The position numbers and the translations under genes are program-made. 64,000 nucleotides of DNA from Octopus sinensis (taxonomy: Eukaryota). Below are positions 49,000 through 62,732 of this stretch, in pieces. The stretch lies in NCBI RefSeq assembly GCF_006345805.1, contig NC_043008.1, positions 74,834,001 through 74,898,000 of the forward strand, read 5' to 3'. The notes below the pieces were generated by a model. The model did no database searches and had not been told where the DNA came from. It was given only the letters and a program-made list of their open reading frames with translations. The stretch's first letter is position 1. The number at the start of each line of letters is the position of its first letter.

Positions 49000-51282
49000 C
49001 CCCTTAATGGATCAATTATTTTGACAAGGCGTTTCATTTCAGAGCATATTTTTTTATTTCCTTTTTTAATTATATACACTGTGTTAATTACAAAAAAAAA
49101 AAACGTTTTTTATCTTGTTTCTTTTATTTTTTATTATAGAAATTAAAATATACTTTTACTCATTTGGATTTAAACAAGTTAAGTTGGACATTGAAAAAAT
49201 ACATATAAATTAACTATCTTATAAAAAATCGAAGATTTTTTACAAGATGTATTGCTTTTACATCAAAGGAAAATAAAAAAAAATGAGATAGTTTATTTAG
49301 CATGATAATTTTTAAAACACGGAGTTTCACACAAAGTTATCTTGCAGACATCACATGTGTATCTGCTTTCTCTTTGAATCTTCTTTCTTTTAGCGTCTCT
49401 CTTCTCTGAGCATTTTACACACTGTCTTGTAGGGTTCTTTTTCTTATCACTTGGTGGTATTTTCATGGGAAAGTGACCAGCTGGGGCAAATCTTGTTGGA
49501 TGTGGGATCGATGATGGTCTTCCTGGCTTCATGGGAGGCAATAAGAGCCTATATTTTTCAATAGTCTTGGTGATTATTTGCATTTTAAATTTCAGCGATT
49601 TCATAGCAGAAGCTGAAGTTTCCAGAGATATTCAGAACTTAAGCATTCCAGATAGTCAAATCCATCAAATGAAAAAATACATTTTTATAATATTTTTTCC
49701 CACATTTCCTTGTGGTGTGATAATTGACGAGATGCTGATTAAATATATCTACTCCTCCCATCGTAGAATTGTAGTTGCTGACAACTTTTGGTCGATTAAT
49801 CTCCTCTCTTCTTGTCTGAACTTTTTCTTGAGCTGGATTATGAATAGTCGAAAGAAACGTGACCTCTTTCTTATTCTTCCAATAAAGTATCATAGCCTTA
49901 CCTCAGTGATATGCACTAACTTGACTTTATTCCTTCGGAAACCTCTTTTCTATTTAGTCACAAAGTTCCATAAACATCTGTTTTATTTGCAATCAACAGA
50001 TCAGCCAATTGGGGCTGCTATAATAGTTGTCAAGGGTCAAGCAATGACCCTTATTTAGTGAAGGCTTCGTCAAGGTCATGACAACTTGTGAAGCAATTGG
50101 GAGGTCTCTAAATTCAGGATCAAAACAAGTATCTTTGCCAACATAAATTATGAAAGACCATACATAGCCAGTTGTAGATTCACAGAGCATGAAATATTTT
50201 ATTCCAAATCGTGAATGTTTGATTGGAAGAAATTGAACCCAGGCAATTCTTCCTTTATAAAGCATGAGAGATACATTGATTGTTACATTTTTTCCAAGGT
50301 TGTAAAATTTTTGAAACTCCTCTTCTAGGGCTTGGTAAATTTTGTAGATCTTACAAAGTTTTGAGTTTGGATGAGTTCCTCGATCAAACGAATCATTGTT
50401 CGTAAAATGCAAATATTCTCGAATCTTCTTGTAATGTCAGTATGACATTGTATTTGCAAATATTGAAGTTTTAAGCAAAGGATCTTTGCCCTAATACATT
50501 TCTTCCTCTGGTTTCTTGACAATACCCATCAACATTTTCACACCAAGAAACATCATTTCAGGTGGAGTAACAGGCTCCCAGTTTGATGCTTTACTTTCAG
50601 CCATTCTGTTCGTTTCTTTGCCTATAAGATCCAAAAGAGATTCATCAAAATAAAGTTGAAAACAATCTAAAGGAGTCATAGAACTAGGATCTTGTTCCAA
50701 ATTTATGCCTGGTTTATCAGTGAAAGGAAATAGAGGTGATGGAGGTGGAAGAGGAGAATCGGATAAGCAATTGATTTCGTGCCATGCACGTGCATCTATC
50801 TGATTATCTTCTTTGTCATCTTCTGAAAAATTGTCAGAGTCTGAACTACACGTGTCTAATTTGTCCCCGGAGCTTTCCAGATTGTGAAATGAAAAATCGA
50901 TTTCATGATTGCTGAATGTATCTAAATCTTCATCCATTTTGAGAAAAAAAAATTCATAAATAATTCTCTTATTTGTATAAATAATAGAGAATCAAAACGA
51001 GACAGTTCTAAAAGGACATCAACCTCCTCCTGAATCTGAGTATGCACTGAAGTAAAAGTTCAAAGCCCAGAAGCATAAATTCTTTGAAATGGTGCCGGAA
51101 TGTGCTGCCAGGCATACGACAATGAGAGTAAATTTGTGATTGCTCAAAAATAAAATGACACTAAACAAATAAACTCATTTGAGTGCTAAAATTAAAAGTT
51201 AATTTTGACCGAGTATACTCGTCTGGTTCTAAAAAGATACACTTGCGATGCACAAGTAAACTTGGGATAATCCATTAAGGGG
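49000..51282 (-). mobile_element. piggyBac transposon, 2283 bp, intact ends
   Basis: 13-bp perfect TIR CCCCTTAATGGAT at both ends; TTAA at 48996-48999 and 51283-51286. Confidence 0.95.
49293..50937 (-). pseudogene. piggyBac transposase (PGBD4-like), frameshifted
   Basis: Acidic N-terminus, FQLYFD, LYKGR, LTLDNYYSS, YNSTMGGVD and a C-terminal cysteine-rich domain RQCVKC...CDVC...LC...CF..YH, over at least five frame segments. Confidence 0.92.
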
Positions 51283-51493
51283 TTAATATTGGTATTCTGG
51301 AAAACTTGTGGTGGTTTGTGTTCCCACCAATTGTCTTTGTGAGAGAGATTGTATGCGTTGCATATTGACCAGTGTATGTACTGAACTACCATTTCATGCC
51401 TTTGCAAATATTCTGTTGGTGCCAGCCTGCTGCATCCAGAGTTTATGTACTTAATTGTCTCTGGGTGCTCTCCCCATTGTTGCTGTTGTTCCA

Positions 51494-51618
51494 CTGGGGC
51501 CAGCTTTACCTTTCATCCTTTTGGGGTCAATAACAAGTACCAGTGAACCACTGTGGTTGATGTAATTGACTTGCTCCATCCCACCAAAATTTCAAGCTTT
51601 GTGCCTATTGTAGAAAGG
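51494..51618 (+). mobile_element. SINE family B tail
   Basis: CTTTACCTTTCATCCTTTTGGGGTCAATAA.AAGTACCAGT...GTAGAAAGG. Confidence 0.7.
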
Positions 51619-51652
51619 ATTATTATTATTATCATCATTATTATTATTATTA

Positions 51653-51693
<41 letters not shown>

Positions 51694-51724
51694 GTTATTA
51701 TTATTATTATTATTATTATCATCA

Positions 51725-51764
<40 letters not shown>

Positions 51765-51772
51765 CATTATTA

Positions 51773-51810
<38 letters not shown>
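51619..51810. repeat. (ATT)n microsatellite
   Basis: Direct reading. Confidence 0.97.
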
Positions 51811-52204
51811 GAGTGAAAGAGCATTACCTGCCATCATGACTACATGTCTGATAAAGGTACACGAGTTAGATGCATCACAACCATATATGTGTGACATGGT
51901 GATCTCATATCAAGATTGATAGCACATGACCTTGCAGGTGGGGCCCAGTTAGAATTTTTTCAGCTTGAATAACCCATCCCACTCAAACTGCCCTTGAATG
52001 AGGGTTGTTTAAAGATGATGAACGAAACATTAAAGTTTCCAGTGGTAAATTATTCAATCTCCAAAGAATCCCTCTCCACAAATGGCTATGATGGTCCCCC
52101 ACTACTCCTACTCATAATTAGAGATGCACATGTCAGCCACTAAGGTGACATAGTTATGGTCAAACAACTGACAAGCAAATCTGTGGTACTGAGCAGAATA
52201 TTTG
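51811..52204 (-). mobile_element. (TAA)n-associated repeat family F, copy 1
   Basis: GAGTGAAAGAGCA...GCAGGTGGGGCCCAGTTAGAATTT...GAGCAGAATATTTG. Strand inferred from the (AAT)n tail. Confidence 0.85.
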
Positions 52205-52627
52205 TTATTATTTTTTTGTGTATTGGGAGGATCATTTCACCAATGATAATAAACACACACACTGGCTCAGTGTTACTTCAATGTTAGTCAATTGTTAAAT
52301 ATCTGTTGAACCAACTAACTAATCAATCATATGTTCAATCTGTTAGTTAAGCAATTCATTGTTTGATAGTGACAAAAGGATTTTGACTAGCAAACAACTG
52401 ATTGATTGGTTAACCAACTCATTAAACAAACACTTCATTAATTAGTTAGATTAGTTATTCACCTGATTGACCAACAATAAAGAAGTGATATTGAACTAGT
52501 GTGTGTGTTTATTATTATTGTCATAAAGACTGTCCCAAGGTTTAACAAGATTTCTACCAATAAATGAATTCACATCAAATACCTTGCAAACCAAATGCAA
52601 TAATGAATTATTATTATTATTATTATT

Positions 52628-53182
52628 GAGTGTGAGAGCAGTACATGCCATCAAAGTGACACTAAGGTAAAATATGCGAAGTCCAGTATACCCATCATGA
52701 CTACCCGTCTGATAAGGGTACACTAGGCACATGCATCACAACCATATGTGCGCAACATGGTGATCTCGTATCAAGATAAACAGCACATGACCCTGCAGGT
52801 GGGGCCTAGTTAGAATTTTCTTCAGGTCGAGTAACCCATCCTGCTTAAAAGGTCCCTGAATAAGGGTTGTTTAAGGATGTTGAATGAAATGCCCATGTTT
52901 CCACAGGTGAATTATTCAAACCCCAAAGAATCCCTCTCAACACATGGCTATGATGCTCCCCCACTACTTCTGCTCATGATCAGAGATGCACATATCGTCA
53001 GCCACTAAAGGACATGGTCAACTGGTTAAGGTCAAACAACTGAAAAGCAAATCTGTGGTATTGAGCAGAATATTTGCTGTAGCCCATCTTTTATACCAAG
53101 ACAAAACAATGTGCATGATAACACTTCCAATCAGTTACGGTCAGAAGCCATGAGAGCCACTGCCTAGTACTGCATCAGGGCA
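52628..53182 (-). mobile_element. Family F, copy 2 (most complete, ~555 bp)
   Basis: (ATT)n on both sides; aligns with copies 1, 3 and 4. Confidence 0.9.
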
Positions 53183-53208
53183 TATTATTATTATTTTTAT
53201 CATCATCA

Positions 53209-53265
<57 letters not shown>

Positions 53266-53889
53266 TATTATTATTATCATTCATTGCTGACTTGTTGAAC
53301 AGTTATTGTCACATGTAAGATGAATATGGTCATCATCTGAGTCCATTATGAAGATTGCCCCCATTCTTCCTTTGGCTGGGAAGGGAGGGCAGTTTTTCTC
53401 TGTCTGGTGGCTATGGCAAAAGACTTTGTGTGGGAGGTGTGATTGAAAGGGTTGAAGATGGGTACCTTCCTCTTTGGCCAGGGCCTTATTGACTTTTTCA
53501 GGTTCCACCTGAGAAGGAAAGTGAGGCTGGAGAGGGAGGTACTGTCACCCAGTAAGTTCGTTTAAAGGTGGGTGAATGTGACAAGAATGGCTCACGTGAA
53601 TAGGTCTACTCTAAGTGTGCACCTGTTGGCTGGAGAGAACTGAGAAGAGAGGGTGCCTTCCATGGAGCCATTGGTGTTAAGGGGTCCAAAGTCCATGAGA
53701 TCTCTTTGGTCACCTTATGGTGGAACTCTCCACAATTGGAGAAAGCATATTGTTGATTAATATCTTTGTTAATTGTTGTGTTTGATTGCTGTTTATCTAT
53801 TTAACCTCACTGCCCCTCATTTGTGTATTGTCCTGTATATTTTGTCTTTGGTCTTGGTAGCCAATAAAGAAATTATTATTATTTTCATT

Positions 53890-54325
53890 GAGAGAGAGAG
53901 CAGTGCATGCCATCAAAGTGACAGTAGGGTAAAATATATGAAGCCTACTATACCCATCATGACTACCCATCTTATAAGAGTACACCAGGCACATGCGTCA
54001 CAATAATATGTCTGTGACATGGTGATCTCATACCAAGATAATCAGTGCATGACCTTGCAGGTGGGGCCCAGTTAGAATTTTCTTCAGGTCAAGTAGCCCA
54101 TCCCACTCAAAAGACCCTGAATAAAGGTTGTTTAAGGATGTTGAATGAAACACCCATATTTCCAAAGGTGAATTATCCAAACCCACCAAAATTGCTCATA
54201 ATCAGGGATGCACATATTGTCAGCTACTAAGGAACATGCTCAACTGGGTATGGTTAAACAACTGATGAGCAAATCTATGGTATTGAGCAGAATATTTGCT
54301 GTAGCCCATCTTTTATACCAAGACA
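53890..54325 (-). mobile_element. Family F, copy 3
   Basis: Same sequence, (ATT)n flanks. Confidence 0.88.
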
Positions 54326-54969
54326 ATTATTATTATTGTTATCATCATCATCATTTATTATTGTTATTGTTGTTGTTTTTTCTTGCTGCTGCTGCTGTTG
54401 TTGTTATTATCTGTCTCAAAATTATAGACAGATAAATAGACTGATAGATAGAGACAGATAAACCATAGTATATACTCTGCCATTTGCATTATGTGTTATC
54501 CAAGAGATATAACATTCCTATTGTTATAACCATATACAGAGATTGTTTAATAGATAGACTGTTAACTATATATACATAGAAAAAGAGATCATTTGATAAA
54601 TAGATAACACACAGCTAGACACATTGTAAAAACTTATTAAAAATCAATGAAAAGTGAAATTTATAAATAAATATGATATAATTGTTTTTCTTTTATCAAT
54701 TTTCTGTGAAAATCACGATGTGGTGTTATCTTTTGAGGTTTTAGTGATGACTATGGAAGATCACCTGGTATATATTATCACACATTCGGCCTCAAACACA
54801 TATACAATTTGATATTGCTAACCAATAGTACAGCTACTCTCAAGTTTATAAACTAAAGCTGTCATCTCATCTCATCTCATCTCATCTCTCTCTCTCTCTC
54901 ACACACACACAAATTGAGTTGGGGATTGTTAATCAATAGAGAAACTGTTGTTTAATTGATAAAATTAGT

Positions 54970-55230
54970 CAATATTTAAGCTGCTTTGTAATAATACACG
55001 AGCAATATTTGAGCTGCTCTCTAATATATAAACTTAATCTTACTTGAGCTGTGCTTTAATATATAAACTTGACCAATATTTGAGCACTTGTGTAGTATAT
55101 AGACAAAGACAATTAACTGGTTACACAGAAACATACATGCACTACTGAGCACTCTGAAGAAATACTTGAGTTACCAGTCTGTTCTATAAAATGAACCAAT
55201 ATTTGAACTACTATGTTAAATATATGAGAT
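54970..55230. repeat. Degenerate ~30-bp minisatellite
   Basis: AATATTT(G/A)AGCTG...TAATATATAAACTT motif recurs about 6 times. Confidence 0.6.
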
Positions 55231-56019
55231 AAAACTATATAAAAAATATATACACATTCATAGGCATTATGTTTATCTTTATATATTTGTGTGTGTATAT
55301 GTCATATTTATAGATGTGTGTGTGTGTGTGTGTCTGTCTGTCTGTCTGTCATCAGCATGGTGAAAAATATCACTTTTACAAGAATAGCTCAAAATAAACA
55401 TATCTGTCAGTATGAAATTATACTGGAGGAAGATATGAATCTACCAATATCAATAGTCTTATAGTGATGATTACAGTAATGATCATGTGATGATGAAGGT
55501 AATGTGATGACTTTTGATGATAATAGTATGATGATAGATTATTCAAATTTATGAATGTGATGTTTAAAAATATGTATAAAAATCTGGATGTATAAAAATC
55601 TGGAAAAAAAATTGTATTTTCTTTCTGATTATTTATTTAGATATATAAATATGTGTGTGTGTGAAGGTGCATGGTGTTGTGGTTTGGGTGTCTGACTGAG
55701 GATTATAAAAGTTGTGGCCCGTTACTGTCACATTTTGAATGACTGAGTCATAGGCAGTTGTGCCAAATGAATGTATATCTGCTCATTGCATCATAGCCAA
55801 CTGAAACTGAGAAATCACTCTACAGTTTTGCTTAAAGTTCCAGGCTTGTGAAAGATAAAAGGTAATTTTTGCTGAGTAGAGATTAAAGTAAGTACTTGAT
55901 TATTACTGGTAGTCATATTAAGCTTTATGGGAATATGAGTGAATATGAACTCAAATTTACTTGGTTTTTACTTGATTTATTTTGTAACAGGAAATAGTTA
56001 TTTAAATAAGCTCAATTAG

Positions 56020-56335
56020 GTATTTAATAAAGTAACATCAACATATTAATGAGGTAGTTGATTAATTAAACATCATCAACATTTTAATGAGGCAATTAAA
56101 TAGTAGCAGGTGGATATTTAGTTAAGTAATATCAACAAATGACTTATTTAATTAAATAACATGTTTAGTATTTAATAAATTAGATATCACATATTAATGA
56201 GGCTAATTAAGTAACATCGACTTATTAATGAGTTATTTAATTAAATATTAATTATGTTTTGTTAATTAAATAACATCAATCCATTGAGTTACATAATTAA
56301 ATAACAGCAACATATTAATGATAATAATTAGCATC
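56020..56335. repeat. Degenerate AT-rich minisatellite
   Basis: AATTAAATAACATCAACATATTAATGAG-like motif recurs about 8 times. Confidence 0.65.
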
Positions 56336-56914
56336 TGTGTGTTAATGGTACTTATTTTACAGCTCTGGAAGAGGGAAAGCCAGATTTATCCTTTGATGGA
56401 ATTTAACTGAATAACAGCTACTGATGGAAATTAAATGAGACAGTCTAATGAATGATTAATCATGTTGGTGGTGGTGGCAGTGGTGTGGTGGTGTTAGTTT
56501 GTTAGAAAGGGTGGTAATGTCAATCAGTTTATAGCAGTATATGACAGGAATTTGTATTGACTCGAACAGTACTTCTTTGGTGTGATTTGAAGACAGAATA
56601 TGAGAAGATATAAAAGCATTTTTGTTTCTTCCCTTATTGTGCTATGATATACAACTTACTAAATTTTGTGGAAAATGTTTTTAATGATATAGCTCAAACA
56701 CCACTTTGAGAGAGAGATATTACAGACAAAGATCTATTACTGTTCCAGGATTGTTCTTGTACATTCACAACATACACAAAAACCTTAATTAGTGAACATT
56801 ATTAATTACGCAAAATATCATTTGTGATATCTCTCTGAGATAAATATTATAAAAGAATCAAAACACACTCTCCCACACAAAGACAGATATGTGTGTGTGT
56901 GTGTGTGTGTATCA

Positions 56915-57450
56915 CACAAGGTGCATTTCAGAATTTTGAGACTTTTTCAAGAGAGACAATTATTAATTTCAAAGAAGTTAAAACTCTAAACTCCTTCAAT
57001 GTATGAGCCTCTGACGTCAATGCATTTGTTGTAGTACCCCAGCCACTTCATGAAGGCCCCATGGTACTCCTCCGAAGTGAAGGTTCCCAGGATCCTTCTC
57101 ACAGCCTCATTCATCTTCTCCTTCGGCTTGGGGAACAATCAAAAGCCAGAAGGAGCAAGGTCTGGATTGTAGGGAGGATATGGGATAATTTTGATATTCA
57201 TCTTTGTCAAGTAGTTGGTTACCAGGATGAAATTGTGGATTGGTGCATTGTTCTGGTGCAGGTGTTCAAGCCTTTTGCTATGAAATTTCTTCTTGAACAT
57301 CCTCAAATCCATCACAAAGTGCTCCTTGTTGATATTCTGGCTAGAGGGAACCCAGTGGATGTAGTTGATCCACTTGCTGTCAAAACAGGGGACCATCACG
57401 AGCTTTCTGGTAGATATGCTTTGCTCTTGTGCCCGTAAAAAAGAAATACT
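56915..57450 (-). mobile_element. Mariner relic (transposase C-terminal half + end)
   Basis: LHQNNAP...PYPPYNPDLAPSGF. Confidence 0.82.
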
Positions 57451-58429
57451 CAGCTCATACAAGTATGGAGCATTTCATAAGTTTCAGTAGCATTTTTGTA
57501 TAGTTTAACTCCAAAACTTTATTGCATAGCAAGCTTCCAAATTGCTTTCACTTCCCCTCTTTATTCTTCAAACAAGTCAGCTGTGATAAGTAGTGTTAGC
57601 AGGATGTGTTCAAAGAGTTGTTACAGCTGTCTCCTTCAATCTGGAATAACAAAAGTTGGCTGGTCAGTTTATTAGATGTACAGTAATGATATACTAAAAT
57701 TCCAGTGATCTAGGATGATTATAACAGCCTCTCCTAAAAACGTCTCAAAACATTTGGTATATATATGTTTACTTCTTCAATATGGACAACAAGACAGAAA
57801 TATTACATGTAAATATATTAATTTGATCTTTCAGTAATTCATTCTTTAATCTCTAAACCATTGTCATTAGCAGATAACTGTTAAGCATGGAGCTTTCAGA
57901 GCAACATAAACTGCTGTTGTTGTTGTTGCTATTGTTGCTGTTGTTACCCACCACTTATTCTAGACACTACTAACATTGCTCCACAGTAACCTATGTCTGC
58001 ACTTACAAGTGTGCACCATACTGCATATATAAAAGCATATACATATGAATTCTTAGTTTGATAGTCTGTAACTGTCTTTCTTATACTCATTCAGGTGAGA
58101 ACCTCAACCAATTATAGGTAACCCACGTTTGAACGAGAAGTTATGCATTTTCTTGTAGCATTACAAGGACAAGTAAACTTCAATTCTACTGGACAAAAAA
58201 TGTTATTATTTTAGTTAACTTCTACTAATTAGACCTCAGAACAAATAACATTTTGTGTAGTATATTGGTGTATGGAAGTGGGCAGTGGTGAAGTGGGATA
58301 ATCAGGATACTCATCTTTCACAATTCCTCTTTTTGGGGGTACATTGTAAGACAAGCAAGAAATAATATTTAAGGAAGTAGAATTGCTTTTGGCATCGTTA
58401 AATGGTAAATATAGAAAAAAAATTTAGGA

Positions 58430-58630
58430 AGCATTGCTAGTTATGGTAGTAGTACTAATGGTGGTAGTGGTAGTAGTACTGGTAGTGATGGTAGCAGTAG
58501 TGGTTGTGGTAATAGTATGGGTGATGGTAGTGATAGACTGGGATGATGGTGGTAGTGGTAATGGTAGTGCTGAAGGTAATGGTGGTGGTAGTAGTACAGG
58601 TGGATATGGTAGTGACGACAGTATTAGTAG
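58430..58630. repeat. (GGT/AGT)n low-complexity tract
   Basis: Direct reading. Confidence 0.85.
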
Positions 58631-59349
58631 TAATAGTGGTGGTGGTACCATTTTCTCACAATGGCCGTTATAGAAGTCCTGGCTGAAGAGATAAAACATT
58701 TGTTTTATCAAAGAATTCATAGTTCAATACATATGTATTAAGAAATAGCCACCAAAACAACAATCATCATAACAATAATGTTAAAATGAATATTACTACT
58801 ACTACTAATAATAATAATATTGGCAATATAAATAAAAACATTAATAGTAGTAGTGGTGATGATGCTGATAATAATAATAATAACGATAATAATAATGAAG
58901 AATAGAAAGAAAAAGTAAATCTCCGAAAGTAATCGAGTTCCTAGTTATCATTTGGGATTGTTTCCGATTGAAATAAAAAGCAACATTATGGCAGCAATGT
59001 GTTTCAATGTAGATATATTAACTTATATCATCAGGCCCTCCAATAAATGTTTTGATGCAGACATAACCGGTGTATTGTAGCATAATGGGATAGGTAACAG
59101 ACTGAAGAATCAGTGAATAAATAAGGTTAATTACACAACTCGTATCATTCAACAAGTTCGTATCACATGAATACATTCTCCCCAGACAATGGAAATTAAA
59201 CAGTTCCTTATGAAATTTCAAAGTCAGAAGCAAAGAATCAATACACAAGGAAATGCTGGCTATATTCATTCAAATGATGTCTGTGTTCTTCAGTGTGTGT
59301 GTAATAGCGATAGTCTTTTTTTTTTACTTAGTGGTTAACCCTTTCACAT

Positions 59350-60420
59350 ATTAGAAAGTTTCATAACTTGTGCCTAACTCTTTACTCTTTAACTCTTTTG
59401 TGTTAATGTGAGGCTTTACATCTTATCACTTGGATAGGATACTAGTATGTGCTGGTAACTTCCCTATATACTCTCTTACTCAGTGTTTAGCTGTATGAAG
59501 TAAGGTTGTAGAGACACTACAAAAACCCTATATTAGATATTATATCCAGAAAACAGTGTACACACATTTGGAATGCTAGTCAGGTTTGTTATTCCACTTC
59601 CATTAGGGCAAGTTTAATTTCTTCTTCTTCTCTCCACTCCTTTTCATCATCATATTGAAATCTATCTATTGATAATGTAGACTAAACAGAACTACTGTTT
59701 AACATTTTTAGCAATATTATTCTTGGTCACATGTCAACTCAAGTGTGATGTCCAATATCATCAGACCTGATGAAGAAATCTCTTCTGAAGCCATCCTTTG
59801 TATTATTTTGCAAGCTTCTTTCCTTATTTTGCCCACTTATACTCTCATTTACATTCTATAGCCATAGAATGTCTTTTCTTCAGACACCTTTTGGTACCTT
59901 TTGTAGTTAACCACTTTATCTCTGTTGTCTGTCTTTTATAAACTTCTCACCATTCCCTTCTTAAATATTTAACAAAAATGTCTCCTTGGGGTTGATTTGA
60001 CGTAGTTCTTTGGTCTTTAACTCATTGACTATTAAGGTTTTTAACTGCAGCCCAATAATCTAGTTTTGGAAGTTCTTTTGAAAGCCTTTGATAATTTCTG
60101 CTGTGACACAGAAGTCATCAACAAATAATAACTATTGAGGGTACCCAATTTTGAGTTTTTGTCTTATTGCTTCAAGAACTATAATACAGAGAAGGGTGGA
60201 AGGAAAGAGCCCTGTGAACACACCTGTACAGCATTACATTTATCACTTAATACATTGTTAATCCTTCTGCCTTTAATAACTTCTGTTGTTATTTTGTATT
60301 TTATCTGGACTGTATGAGAAGTCAGAAGTGCATCTACCCAAATACTTTATTCAGTGTCCTATCAACCTCACATTCTCAGTCCAAATTTTGTTGAAGTCAG
60401 TTTGTCTTCTGTTCTTTTTG
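59350..60420 (-). mobile_element. Decayed RTE LINE RT fragment
   Basis: Minus-strand remnants QGS..P...IVLEAI, LFVDD...AE and KTK, with frame breaks, homologous to 37050-37420. Confidence 0.6.
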
Positions 60421-60895
60421 TTTCATTAAATAAATTTCAGCAATTTCTTGCAATCAAATTAAGGAGTTATCATTTTTCTTATCTGAAGAGGAAATATTAT
60501 CAATTAGAATTGTAATGTATCTGATATTTGGTACAAATGGTAAACCATTGTAATACATTATAGAATTATATAAAATTGACAGGAAGATGACATTTGGTAA
60601 AAACGGTGGACCATTAAGGATTATACAGAATTGTCTGCTGATATTTGTTAGAGTGTAGTACTAAATAACTTACAGAATTTAGTTTCATCTGTATGTAATC
60701 AAAATTTAAATCCTGATTTATTATTCATCTTCCTGATTGTTACAATAACTACCAATTAGTAAAGTAATTACCAACAGTGAAATATTTTATTGATAAAGTA
60801 AGTACCAATGGTAAACTGGACTGGTAGTAAAATACCAGTTATATACTGTGTCAATTCACTCAGATATTACTTTTTTGCTCTTTTTGTTCAAGAGA

Positions 60896-60932
<37 letters not shown>

Positions 60933-61252
60933 GAGCGAGAGAGCAACACATGCAATCAAAGTTAAACGATGATGAATGAAACACGCATATTTCCAGAGGT
61001 GAACTATTCAAACCCCAAAGAATTTCACTCAACACAAGGCTATGATGCTCCTCCACTACTTATGATAAGAGATGCACATATTGTCAGCCACCGAGGGACA
61101 TGCTCAACTGGTTATGGTCAAGCAAATCTCTGGTATTGAGCATAATATTTGCTATACCCCATCTTTTACACCAAGACAAAACATGTACAAACACATCCAA
61201 TCAGTTAAAACCAGAAGCCATGAGAGCCACTGCCTGGTACTGCATCACAACA
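60933..61252 (-). mobile_element. Family F, copy 4 (internally deleted)
   Basis: Both termini present, (ATT)n flanks. Confidence 0.85.
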
Positions 61253-61279
61253 TTTATTATTATTATTAATATTATTATT

Positions 61280-61333
61280 GAGTGAGAGAGCAGTGCCTGC
61301 CGTCAAGTGACACTGGGGTATAAATATACGAAG

Positions 61334-61335
<2 letters not shown>
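61280..61335 (-). mobile_element. Family F, copy 5 (terminal 56 bp only)
   Basis: GAGTGAGAGAGCAGTGCCTGCC.TCAAGTGACACTGGGGTA between (ATT)n runs. Confidence 0.8.
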
Positions 61336-61369
<34 letters not shown>

Positions 61370-62451
61370 TGCAGTTTCTGTAGATCTTGTCATGTTGCAA
61401 CACAAACCATCAGTGACTCACAAATATGCACCATTTCAACCAGTGTGAAAGTGTTTGTAAGGGCTTTGGACTTTCTCTCTTCTGTATCAAAGTAAACCAT
61501 GTAACACTTCACAGTTGTTCATGCCAATGTAATCTCACAATAATATACAATTTCTACCATTGTTCATATCTGCATATTCTACCATAACAGTGTACTTTTG
61601 CAGTTGTCCATGACTAAATATTCTACAAAAGGGATGAAAGATGTTGTTCCAAAACTGTAGCAACTATTGTATGATTGATGTGAAATAAGTTCAATAACTA
61701 TTATTAAATTGCTAGCTTGAAAAGGATTGATTTTGAGGAAGGGAAGATTGAATAATGGTTGTGTAGAAGGAGCTGTGTTATATAGTAAGAGATTATGGGT
61801 ACTGGATGCAGAGGGTGTGTGAAAGATTGGAAGAAATAAGGCAAGCATTCTCTACTGGATGTGCTGTATAAGTGTGCTTAAGCAACAGAACAAACAAACA
61901 AGATATAAGAAGAAGCAGAGGAAGTGTGCAATAGAGATGACTGGGCTAGTCTTTACACATGTTGCTTATGGAGGTAAACAGCTACATAAGGAAGTACTAC
62001 CATGTAAACAAAATGAGATAATCATGTAGAAGATGAAAACATGGAAAGATGTGGGGGAAGTTGATTTGGGATTAAGAAAAGGATAAAGGATGGCAGCAAG
62101 AAATTGTTGCAGAGGACAACACATGAATAACCAACATCAGTATGGAAAAACTATTAAAGAATGATGGTGGTGGTAGTAATAATGTTGAAGATCCACATAT
62201 TTCTCTTCTATAGAAAATAAGATAAATTCTTTTAGATATGATGGTCATTTATGAAAATTTTCATTGTTTGAAATGTTGAAAATTACATACTTATGCTTTA
62301 TTAAGTTTTGTTGTGTTGAGGAGTTATTCTTTCTCTCTTTCTGTTGCCCCCTCTCACTCCCTCCTTATCCCTCCTCTCTCTCTATCTATCTATATGGGTG
62401 TGTGAGCATGCATATATATGTGTGTGTGTTTGTGTGTATGTATGTATATGC

Positions 62452-62489
<38 letters not shown>

Positions 62490-62505
62490 ATGTATGTATA
62501 TAGGT

Positions 62506-62669
62506 ATAGGCATACGAGTGGCTGTGTGGTAAGTAGCTTGCTTACCAACCACATGGCTTTGGGTTCAGTCCCACTACATGGCACCTTGGGCAAGTGTCTT
62601 CTACTATATCCTCGGTCCGACAAAATCCTTGTGAATGGATTTGGTAAATGGAAACTGAAAGAAGGCTGT

Positions 62670-62732
<63 letters not shown>

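Larger units (their letters stand above)
48870..51494 (-). mobile_element. R4/Dong-like LINE fragment split by piggyBac (parts 51287-51494 and 48870-48995)
   Basis: ETIKYINSGCSRLA..EY..RH..V..IHW, then after the insertion FWNFSVQTD...LVIDV. Confidence 0.8.

Noticed and set aside
51513-51919. Poly-Ile, poly-Asn and poly-Leu ORFs
   Set aside because: Frames of the (ATT)n microsatellite.
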